Shown here piece after piece: positions 56,415 through 64,000 of a stretch of 64,000 nucleotides of DNA. The translations under genes and the position numbers were made by a program. Source of the DNA: a virus; the IMG/VR virus record IMGVR_UViG_3300037427_000542, positions 1-64,000 of that record. One strand, written 5' to 3'. Within the stretch, counting starts at the first letter, position 1, and the number at the start of each line of letters is the position of its first letter. Below the pieces are notes generated by a model, which searched no databases, had not been told where the DNA came from, and worked only from the letters and a program-made list of their open reading frames with translations.

Positions 56415-57132
56415 GTGGACATTTGGGTTTACATACTTTAATGAACCACATAAGCTAGAGATACAAATGGACACCTGGTCCAAATGGCCAGGCAATGTAG
56501 ATATCTTTATCGTTGACGATGGTTCAGATCTATATCCTGCCAAGCCATTACTAGAAAATTTTCATTTAGAAGATTGGCAACCTACTCTACAACTTTGGAG
56601 AGTCACAAGAAATATAGGCTTCAACTCTCATGGCTGTAGAAATCTTATAGCCAAATATGCAGACACAGATTGCATACAATTCTTAGATATAGATCATGTG
56701 ATGTATGCTCCCGATGTTGCTAAACTTAAACAAATGAAAGTAGGAAGTAAGGATATTATTCATCATAAAAACTATAATGAATATCAACAAACAGTAAAAG
56801 ATCATCCAGGCCATATGAATTGTTTTGGTATACACAAAGATTTATTTTGGGAAGCTGGAGGTTATGATGAATCTTTTACCGGCCATCATTATGGAGATAG
56901 AGAATTTTTAGATAGAGTATTTGAATTAGAACACAGGAAGATAAAATCTACTTGTATTACTTCAATGAACCGTGAAGGTAGACATGGAAGAGTAAATCCT
57001 AATAAGTCTATAACTGAATACGATCCAACCGATGATAAGTTTTTCTGGGTACCGTTGGCAGTAGATGAAGTTAAAAAACTTAGAGGAACAAAAACACAAA
57101 GATTAGATTTTCCGTTTATTAAAATATTATAA
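56386..57132 (+). CDS. GT-A glycosyltransferase (GT2 / GT7C-like); start uncertain
   Basis: TYFNE, IVDDGS, RNL, FLDID (DxD), GGYDESF....YGDREF. Confidence 0.82.
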   Translation: MLQKSKANHRWTFGFTYFNEPHKLEIQMDTWSKWPGNVDIFIVDDGSDLYPAKPLLENFHLEDWQPTLQLWRVTRNIGFNSHGCRNLIAKYADTDCIQFLDIDHVMYAPDVAKLKQMKVGSKDIIHHKNYNEYQQTVKDHPGHMNCFGIHKDLFWEAGGYDESFTGHHYGDREFLDRVFELEHRKIKSTCITSMNREGRHGRVNPNKSITEYDPTDDKFFWVPLAVDEVKKLRGTKTQRLDFPFIKIL

Positions 57133-57135
57133 ATA
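57128..57135 (+). promoter_or_regulatory. Late promoter 5 nt upstream of ATG (leaderless)
   Basis: TATAAATA-CTGTT-ATG. Confidence 0.75.
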
Positions 57136-57140
57136 CTGTT

Positions 57141-58316
57141 ATGCGCTTTACTGAATTTTTAAAAGAAGATAAAGAAGAAGATAAACTTAAACATCTAGAG
57201 CATGTTGAGGATCATGTAATCCATGCTGGACATGAAGGCTTTGGACATGCGTTCCATACAATTAATGATGTTCATAATGATTTACAAGGTAAAGGCAAAT
57301 CTCAGACACAAACAACTATTAAATATGATGGCAGTCCTGCCGTTGTATTTGGGAAACATCCTGAGAACGGAAAGTTCTTTGTAGCATCTAAATCAGCATT
57401 CAATAAAACACCAAAGATTAATCACACCCATGAAGATATAGATAAGAACCACGGGCACGCACCAGGTCTTGTATCTAAACTTAAAGCAGCTTTAGATCAT
57501 GCACACAAAATAGAGCCTAATGGAGTCTATCAAGCAGACATTATGCACGCTGGAGATGTTAAACACGATAAGAAAAATAATAGAGTAGACTTTACACCAC
57601 AGTTAATTACATATCATGCACCAGCAGATTCAGATCACGGTAAGGCAGCTCAGAAAGCTAAGCTAGGGTTAGCAATACATACGGAGTATGAGGGTAAGAC
57701 AATAGCCGATATGAAAGCCAAACACGGCGCTATTGACTCTAATACCTTCAAAAAGCACAAGGATGTGCACCTTATGAGTGCTAATCACGATCTTAGTACA
57801 CATAGGTATAGTTTAGAAGATCGTAAGCAAGTAGACCATCATTTAGAACAAGCTGTAGCACACTTTAAAAATACACCCAGAGAACACCACGATACAGTTC
57901 AAAAACATGCTACAGCCTTAAAGACTTATGTAAACCATACAGTACGAACAGGCGAACAACATTCACATGAGGGGTTCGTAGCACATCACAGTAAGAGTCA
58001 TCAGAAGAAGGTAGATGGTGTTAAGACAGATGTTGCTAAAGCAAGACATCAAACTACTATGGATAACACCTTAGGACATATAAATAAGAATAAGGAACAC
58101 TTCGAAGGTCCAATGAATATGCACAAACATCTTCAAGCGGCTAAGAATATTTTAACAACTACCATGTCTCAAAAGTCAGAATTTGGACATGAAGTAGACG
58201 GACAGAAAGTTAAACCAGAAGGTTTTGTTGCCATACGAAATGGCAGACCTTCTAAATTTGTAGACAGGAAGGAGTTTAGTGCGCTAAACTTTAACAAGAA
58301 TGACAACAGAAAATAA
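57141..58316 (+). CDS. His-rich protein with ligase-type nucleotidyltransferase motifs; probable internal head protein
   Basis: MRFTEFLKE N-terminus; KYDG, QADIM, PEGFV, KFVDR; 43 His in 391 aa (hand count). Confidence 0.7.
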   Translation: MRFTEFLKEDKEEDKLKHLEHVEDHVIHAGHEGFGHAFHTINDVHNDLQGKGKSQTQTTIKYDGSPAVVFGKHPENGKFFVASKSAFNKTPKINHTHEDIDKNHGHAPGLVSKLKAALDHAHKIEPNGVYQADIMHAGDVKHDKKNNRVDFTPQLITYHAPADSDHGKAAQKAKLGLAIHTEYEGKTIADMKAKHGAIDSNTFKKHKDVHLMSANHDLSTHRYSLEDRKQVDHHLEQAVAHFKNTPREHHDTVQKHATALKTYVNHTVRTGEQHSHEGFVAHHSKSHQKKVDGVKTDVAKARHQTTMDNTLGHINKNKEHFEGPMNMHKHLQAAKNILTTTMSQKSEFGHEVDGQKVKPEGFVAIRNGRPSKFVDRKEFSALNFNKNDNRK

Positions 58317-59166
58317 AGATAAACATATAGTATTTTCATATGGTAGGATGAATCCACCAACTGCTGGACATTCTAAGGTAGTGGACAAAGTTAAGTCTCA
58401 CGCAGATGCTATTGGCGCTAATCACGCAGTTATAGTTAGTCATTCTCAAAATCAAAAAGACAATCCATTACATCACGAACACAAAAAAGAATTTCTAAAA
58501 CATGTACACCCTGATGTAAACTTTGAACATTCTACAAAAGAACACCCACACTTCTTGGCACAGCTTAAAAAGTTTCATCAAGAAGGACATACACACGCAA
58601 CAATGGTTGTTGGTAGTGATAGAGTAAAACAATTTAAAGCGTTGGCACATAAGTACAACGGCAAAGAATACGATTATAAAAAGATACATATCTTATCTGC
58701 AGGACAGAGAGACCCTGATGCAGAAGGAGTCACTGGTATAAGTGGAACAAAGATGAGAAATCATGCTAGCAATAATGATTACAAATCTTTTAAGGCAGGA
58801 TTACATGCCAATCATAATGATGAACAAGCTAAGAAACTCTTTAAGGCAACGCGCCAAGGTATGAACTTACAAAAAGAGGAGAGAGGCATGAAGGATTTTG
58901 CTACATTTTTAACAGAAGACATGGAAGGCATGTCTCAAAAGTCTGGAGATAAAAGAAGTACAGAGAGTGGTGCAGGCATGACAGCCAAAGGTGTCGCTAA
59001 ATACAACAGACGAACAGGTGGTAATCTAAAAACAGCAGTAACTACACCACCAAGCAAACTTAAAAAAGGCAGTAAAGCAGCAGGAAGGCGTAAGTCTTTT
59101 TGTGCCAGGTCCAAAGGTTGGACAGGCGAGAGAGGCAAAGCTGCTAGAAGGAGATGGAATTGCTAA
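58300..59166 (+). CDS. HxGH-type nucleotidyltransferase fused to a basic C-terminal module
   Basis: SYGRMNPPTAGH, VVGSDR, SAG.RDPDAEG..G.SGTKMR; tail from MKDFATFLTE to RRKSFCAR...RRWNC. Confidence 0.78.
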   Translation: MTTENKDKHIVFSYGRMNPPTAGHSKVVDKVKSHADAIGANHAVIVSHSQNQKDNPLHHEHKKEFLKHVHPDVNFEHSTKEHPHFLAQLKKFHQEGHTHATMVVGSDRVKQFKALAHKYNGKEYDYKKIHILSAGQRDPDAEGVTGISGTKMRNHASNNDYKSFKAGLHANHNDEQAKKLFKATRQGMNLQKEERGMKDFATFLTEDMEGMSQKSGDKRSTESGAGMTAKGVAKYNRRTGGNLKTAVTTPPSKLKKGSKAAGRRKSFCARSKGWTGERGKAARRRWNC

Positions 59167-59468
59167 TACTTACTAGACTAGCTATAGCATGTGTAACAGC
59201 AGTATTTGGAAACGCTTTTAGTAAATGGTTTCTTAATACAAAAGTAGGCGCATGGTTTCAACTTAAAATAAACAAACTAATGTCATTCTTAGCAGATAGA
59301 TATAACATAGAGGTTGCTAAGAAAGAAGCTAAATGGAGATCAGATTATCCTATGTTAGCTGAAAGAATAGATTTATTAGAAGATAAGGCACATTACAAAT
59401 GTGGACTTTCAGACTTTGACGGCTTTGAACAGATCGATGAAAGAATTAGGAAGTTAGAGAAGAAATGA
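59154..59468 (+). CDS. Hypothetical membrane-associated protein
   Basis: Hydrophobic N-terminus; SD AGGAG. Confidence 0.6.
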   Translation: MELLILTRLAIACVTAVFGNAFSKWFLNTKVGAWFQLKINKLMSFLADRYNIEVAKKEAKWRSDYPMLAERIDLLEDKAHYKCGLSDFDGFEQIDERIRKLEKK

Positions 59469-59833
59469 GTAAGATATTAATAGGAATTATTGTAGCCATG
59501 TGCTTAGGCTTTGGTGGCTACTACTGGATGACAGAAAAGCGTCTTACAGTTCTAACTGAGAACAACGCTAAACTATCAATAGCAAATCAAACAAATCAAC
59601 AAACAATAGACAAACTTTCACAGGATTATGAGGAACAACAAGTACTTAATAAAGAGTTAGGTATAAAGTTAAAAGCCTCAGAAGCTTATGGAGATAACTT
59701 AGCTAAAAAACTAAGGGAACATGATTTAACAATGCTAACCCTAAAGAAACCAGGGTTAATTGAACGGAGGGTGAATAGTGCCACAGATAAGATTCTTAAA
59801 GATCTCGAGTCTAGTACTGCTACTGTTAATTAG
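59465..59833 (+). CDS. Putative i-spanin (Rz-like)
   Basis: N-terminal TM helix plus coiled coil, overlapped by a downstream lipoprotein gene. Confidence 0.6.
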   Translation: MSKILIGIIVAMCLGFGGYYWMTEKRLTVLTENNAKLSIANQTNQQTIDKLSQDYEEQQVLNKELGIKLKASEAYGDNLAKKLREHDLTMLTLKKPGLIERRVNSATDKILKDLESSTATVN

Positions 59834-60176
59834 TAGTGGTTGTAGTCTTATACCTGCACAGGTAGAAGTACAAACTAAATTCGTAGAGAAACAAATACCA
59901 ATACAAGGACATCCTAAGGGTGTAACTATGTATCCTATGCAGTTTTATGCTGTAACAAGCGAGAACTACGAGGAGTTCAAAGAGAAATTTGAGAAAGAAA
60001 ATGCAGATTTAGTATATTTTGCATTGAGTGTTCCGGATTATGAGAACTTATCTTTAAATATAGGTGAACTAAAACGCTACATAGAACAACAAAAGACAAT
60101 CATTATATATTACGAACAATCCATAACAGGAATTAAGGCAGAAATAGTTTTGGAAGACGACAAAGCCAAAGACTAA
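59778..60176 (+). CDS. Putative o-spanin (Rz1-like lipoprotein)
   Basis: Lipobox LLLLISSG-C; overlaps the 3' end of the upstream gene. Confidence 0.6.
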   Translation: MPQIRFLKISSLVLLLLISSGCSLIPAQVEVQTKFVEKQIPIQGHPKGVTMYPMQFYAVTSENYEEFKEKFEKENADLVYFALSVPDYENLSLNIGELKRYIEQQKTIIIYYEQSITGIKAEIVLEDDKAKD

Positions 60177-60181
60177 TCTTG

Positions 60182-60189
60182 TATAAATA
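60182..60189 (+). promoter_or_regulatory. Late promoter 5 nt upstream of ATG (leaderless)
   Basis: TATAAATA-AGAGT-ATG. Confidence 0.75.
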
Positions 60190-60194
60190 AGAGT

Positions 60195-61577
60195 ATGAAG
60201 ACTTTTACAACATTCATGGAAGACTTAGCTTCAGGTAGACCAATGAAGAAACCTGTATCTAGTAATTTGTTACAACAAAGAGCTAAAGAAAATACTAAAG
60301 CTCTAAAGTCAGGTTTTATGAAGTTAACAAAACAAGAAAGAGATAAAGAAGCTCGAAGAATGTCAGAAGAGAAAAAGAATTGTGGGTGTGGCCAAGATCC
60401 TTGTATCACATATGGCAAAAAACAAATGAAAGAAGAAGACGGTTCGTATTATGGTAAACCATCACCAAGACTTAAAAAGAAAGTAAAAGGTGCCAAAGAA
60501 GTCGTTAATAATCCTTATTCTAAAGACGATGGTAAAACTGTTGTTGCAAAGCAGAAAAAATATCAGCCACAGCTGTCAAAAAGCAAACAAGGTATAAATA
60601 ATGTACTGAAGTTTTTAAAGAAAAATCCGGATTATAAGATTGGAGCCCATAGCCTAAAGAAAAAATCTAAAAGACTAGGTGAAGCTACAGCATCAGAAGT
60701 ATTAAAGAAAAGATATGCTTCCGATCATCCAGATGATAATCCACATAATCAGAAAAGAATTAAAGATCACCTTCCTGGTATGAAAACTTATAAATTGCAC
60801 CCAGGTGCTAAAGCAACTGATGGTGGTGAATGGTCTAAGAAAGGCAAAATGAAAGCTTTAAAGAAACAAATTAAAAGACGCCCTGAACAATATGGAGTAA
60901 CAGAATCAGCCAGAGATAATTACGATCCTGTAATTTCAGATAAAAGAACAAAAGAAAAACTTAAGAAGGCAGGGTTACCACCGGAGTCTCCTAAAGTAAT
61001 GGAAGCTAAGAAACCTGTAGTACACAGCACAAAGCCAGACAGTCTTAAAACAATTAAGATTAAATATAACAAACCTATTAGAACTAAAGTAACAGACATT
61101 GGAGCTGGCGGAAAAGAGTATGTCAGAAAAGATTGGTCTGAAGAAACATTTAAACCTCATGATATGTGGAGTCCTAAAGGCGAGAAGAAATTTGCTAAAA
61201 CAGAAAAAGAACATTTAGCATTAAAAGACAAAGGCTGGGGACATAATAATCCTAACAAATCAGAAGAAAAGAAAAAAGGATTAGACGGCAAAGCATGTTG
61301 GGACGGTTATAAGCAAATGGGCACCAAGAAAAAAGGTGGCAAAACTGTAGATAATTGTGTTAAGATGAAAGAAGAACAAATTCAAATAGTAACTAACTTA
61401 GATTTTAATGAAAGTATTGGTAACTTGGTAAGACGTGGGTTAGGTAAAGTTAGATCAGCTATTAAAGATTCAGAAAAGAGAACAGGCTTATCCGTAGACG
61501 CAAGTAAAAACAATACAAACAATCCAGTATCTGGCAAGAACATTGCTAAAAGACTGGCATCGCAAAAAAAAAGGTAG
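60195..61577 (+). CDS. Lys-rich modular internal head polyprotein, part 1
   Basis: MKTFTTFMED start; repeated hydrophobic-x-E sites between short modules. Confidence 0.7.
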   Translation: MKTFTTFMEDLASGRPMKKPVSSNLLQQRAKENTKALKSGFMKLTKQERDKEARRMSEEKKNCGCGQDPCITYGKKQMKEEDGSYYGKPSPRLKKKVKGAKEVVNNPYSKDDGKTVVAKQKKYQPQLSKSKQGINNVLKFLKKNPDYKIGAHSLKKKSKRLGEATASEVLKKRYASDHPDDNPHNQKRIKDHLPGMKTYKLHPGAKATDGGEWSKKGKMKALKKQIKRRPEQYGVTESARDNYDPVISDKRTKEKLKKAGLPPESPKVMEAKKPVVHSTKPDSLKTIKIKYNKPIRTKVTDIGAGGKEYVRKDWSEETFKPHDMWSPKGEKKFAKTEKEHLALKDKGWGHNNPNKSEEKKKGLDGKACWDGYKQMGTKKKGGKTVDNCVKMKEEQIQIVTNLDFNESIGNLVRRGLGKVRSAIKDSEKRTGLSVDASKNNTNNPVSGKNIAKRLASQKKR

Positions 61578-62881
61578 CAATACCTAACTCCGCTAAGAAA
61601 GACTTAGACAAACAATCCAAATCCAGAGATAAAAATTGGTGGAAACACCAAGACAAATCTATGTCTGAGGCAAGCACAAACAAATTTAGTCTAAAGGGAA
61701 CAGAGGACGGGCCTTTAAGTTCTATGCCAAAAGGTACTAAGCCTATAGGAAGTCGAACTAAAAAGAACAAAGTATATGAAGATGCTCGATATGATCCTAC
61801 ACCAGGTGGTATGGAATGGGGCACACCTCAAGGCACAGATTATTTTAAATCCTTAACACCAGGCGAAGGTAAGGAAAGAGAAAAACCTTTAAAGCCTTTA
61901 AACATTAAAGCAAGAAAACCTGAAGACGAGAAGGGTGTTAAAGTTACAGAAGGCTATTGGCAAGATAGAAATGCCAAACAAAAAGAAACATTAGCTAAAC
62001 ATGATAAAGCAATGATAGACTCAGCAAAGAAGTCTATTAAGAAGTATGATGTTGCTAAAAAGATAAAAGAAAATTTAGATCTATCTCATATAGAAGATAA
62101 ACAGGCAGACCATAGTAAACATCAATACCCTATTAACAATGAAGTAGAGACACACGACACAGGTGATAAGGGACATTGGCTAACAGGTAAAGATGGTGAT
62201 TGGTATATAGAACAAGATGATATTACAGAGTTAGATAAAGAGGCAGAAAACTTTTCATTTAAGGATGCTGTAGATCTAGGACTATATGACGATGATGAAC
62301 TAACTTATGATGACTACGATAATACACCAGGTTTTGATAATGAGACAGAAATTACTGAGGCACTATCAGTACAGGGTCGTTTAAAAAGACGATTTAATGC
62401 ACGAAGAAACAAACAAAAATTAAAAGTAGCTAGGCGTATAGCATTACGAAGAGGATCTACTCCAGACAGACTTAAGAAGAGAGCAACCAGGGGTGCAAGG
62501 CTCATGGTTTACAAACGACTTCTCAGGGGTAGAGATAGAGCAGGATTACCACCAGCAGAGAAGGCTCGTTTAGAGAGAATGATTACTAGATTCCAACCAC
62601 TAGTAAGTCGTATATCTGTTAAACTATTACCTCAGATGAGACAGAATGAAATTAAAAGACTTACATCAAGAGGTAAGTTAAAAGCCAAAACTAGTAAGAA
62701 ATTTAAAGCAGCTAAACCAGTGAAGAGCGCTTCACAGAAAAGAGCTAAGAAGTTTAAAATAAAGGTTAACAAATATAAAGCACCTAAGAAGAAAGCAGTT
62801 AAAGCTAAATATGCTTCAGGTGGACCTACACTTAAGAAAGCAAGTAAAGCCTATAAAGCCTTTTCATATTCCATAGGTTAA
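61550..62881 (+). CDS. Lys/Arg-rich modular polyprotein, part 2 (frame open from 61550; likely joined to part 1 across A9 at 61564-61572)
   Basis: No SD before ATG 61661; -1 frame open across the A-run; same module and cleavage-site pattern. Confidence 0.65.
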   Translation, partial: KTGIAKKKVAIPNSAKKDLDKQSKSRDKNWWKHQDKSMSEASTNKFSLKGTEDGPLSSMPKGTKPIGSRTKKNKVYEDARYDPTPGGMEWGTPQGTDYFKSLTPGEGKEREKPLKPLNIKARKPEDEKGVKVTEGYWQDRNAKQKETLAKHDKAMIDSAKKSIKKYDVAKKIKENLDLSHIEDKQADHSKHQYPINNEVETHDTGDKGHWLTGKDGDWYIEQDDITELDKEAENFSFKDAVDLGLYDDDELTYDDYDNTPGFDNETEITEALSVQGRLKRRFNARRNKQKLKVARRIALRRGSTPDRLKKRATRGARLMVYKRLLRGRDRAGLPPAEKARLERMITRFQPLVSRISVKLLPQMRQNEIKRLTSRGKLKAKTSKKFKAAKPVKSASQKRAKKFKIKVNKYKAPKKKAVKAKYASGGPTLKKASKAYKAFSYSIG

Positions 62882-62888
62882 TCCAACA

Positions 62889-62896
62889 TATAAATA
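62889..62896 (+). promoter_or_regulatory. Late promoter 5 nt upstream of ATG (leaderless)
   Basis: TATAAATA-CCTGT-ATG. Confidence 0.75.
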
Positions 62897-62901
62897 CCTG
62901 T

Positions 62902-64000
62902 ATGAACCACGGTATTATAATGGGTGGTGTGGTTGACTATTATTATGATTCAATCAAACGAGCACCCGGCGCACATAAAATTGCTACACATCTTAGACGA
63001 GAAGGATGGGACGTCGAGGTATTAGATTTTGTTCAATCATGGACATTAGAAGAACTGCAAGAGTTCACAAGACAAAGAGTACATTCAGGTACAAAGTTCC
63101 TCGGCCTTAGTGCTACATTTTCCATTAGATTTAAAATACTATTTGAATTCGCCAGATGGTTTAAGAAAGAATATCCAGACATTCTAATCATAGGAGGCTC
63201 GCAGGCATTCCATAATTGTGAGGGACTGCCTTTAGATTATATGGTACATGGCTACGGAGAACTGGCTATGAGTGCTATTCTTAGAGGAGATGTTAAGTAT
63301 CAGACACATAAATGGCTTAATGGACACAAATTTAGGCGCGTAGACGCTACACATGACTATATGGCAGCGCGTATGAAAGACCTAAGTACATATTACGAGG
63401 AAAGGGACTATATAGAGCCACAGGAGGTCCTTACAGTAGAGTTTGGTCGTGGGTGTATATTTAATTGCCACTTTTGTACCCTCACTTACAGGAACATTAA
63501 GGACGATCACAGCAGGGCTGAGGACAACTTATATAAGGAAATGTTGGAGAACTATAATAAATGGGGCACAACAAACTATTCTATATCAGACGAGACAGTA
63601 AATGATTATACAGAAAAGATAGAAAGATTTGCTGGTGCTATTAGAAAGTTACCTTTCAAACCTAATATGGCAGGTTATATTCGTGGAGACTTATTAGTAC
63701 ATAAACAAAAAGACTGGCAAGCAATCGAGGATATAGGACTCAATACACAATTCTATGGTATAGAATCTTTTCATACACCTTCAGCAAAGTCTGTAGGTAA
63801 AGGTATGCAGTCAGGTAAACTACAAGATGGTTTACTAGAATATAAAGATCACATGAGAAGTAAAGGACACTTTCAGGCACATTTAAGTTTAATAGCAGGC
63901 CTCCCACATGAAACATTAGATACATTAAGAACTACAAAGAAATGGATAGTAGAAAATTGGGTGGGACAATCATCACAAATAATGCCTTTATGGATTCCAG
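62902..64000 (+). CDS. Cobalamin-binding radical SAM protein (class B-like), 3'-truncated; not in ORF track
   Basis: IA..LR..GW.V.VLD, IIGG, V.GYGE (B12-binding domain); E.GRGCIFNCHFC, DET.N, GIESF, LIAGLPHET. Confidence 0.85.
   Translation, partial: MNHGIIMGGVVDYYYDSIKRAPGAHKIATHLRREGWDVEVLDFVQSWTLEELQEFTRQRVHSGTKFLGLSATFSIRFKILFEFARWFKKEYPDILIIGGSQAFHNCEGLPLDYMVHGYGELAMSAILRGDVKYQTHKWLNGHKFRRVDATHDYMAARMKDLSTYYEERDYIEPQEVLTVEFGRGCIFNCHFCTLTYRNIKDDHSRAEDNLYKEMLENYNKWGTTNYSISDETVNDYTEKIERFAGAIRKLPFKPNMAGYIRGDLLVHKQKDWQAIEDIGLNTQFYGIESFHTPSAKSVGKGMQSGKLQDGLLEYKDHMRSKGHFQAHLSLIAGLPHETLDTLRTTKKWIVENWVGQSSQIMPLWIP

Noticed and set aside
680-63925. Numerous minus-strand and alternate-frame ORFs in the supplied track
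   Set aside because: They shadow well-supported + strand genes and have no SD or recognisable motifs; only 9808..10038 is credible
1-64000. CRISPR array, rRNA, IS element or integrase; alternative genetic code
   Set aside because: No regularly spaced repeats or such genes were seen; core genes translate full length with the standard code

Overview
AT-rich 64-kb segment of a large T4-like (myovirus) phage genome of marine type, almost entirely encoded on the + strand. The T4 core is recognisable: gp17-18-19-20-21-22-23, gp3, uvsY, uvsW, gp55, gp47/46, gp45/44/62, regA, gp43, uvsX and gp41, plus one tRNA-Thr(UGU). Accessory genes include IscU/IscA, two SET-domain proteins, peptide deformylase, a ClpP-like protease, a BtuB-like TonB-dependent receptor, a vWA/MoxR pair, enoyl-CoA hydratase, peroxiredoxin, glutaredoxin, Hsp20, radical SAM enzymes, 2OG-Fe(II) oxygenases and glycosyl/methyl/nucleotidyl-transferases. 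Four things stand out. (1) A 7-deazaguanine DNA-modification operon (queE, folE, dpdA-like, dpdL-like T-fold, queD; no queC in the window) has a GT-B glycosyltransferase translationally coupled inside it, suggesting an undescribed hypermodified base. (2) A set of late, apparently leaderless proteins carries a T4 capsid-targeting-like N-terminus: a very His-rich ligase-like/nucleotidyltransferase pair, and a basic polyprotein of mini-modules separated by gp21-type cleavage sites whose halves are joined across an A9 slippery site. (3) Seven sigma70-type promoters share an ACTCTT-N7-AAGAGT dyad in their spacer. (4) A ROSE-like thermometer precedes hsp20. All calls come from motif recognition by eye; no database searches were run.
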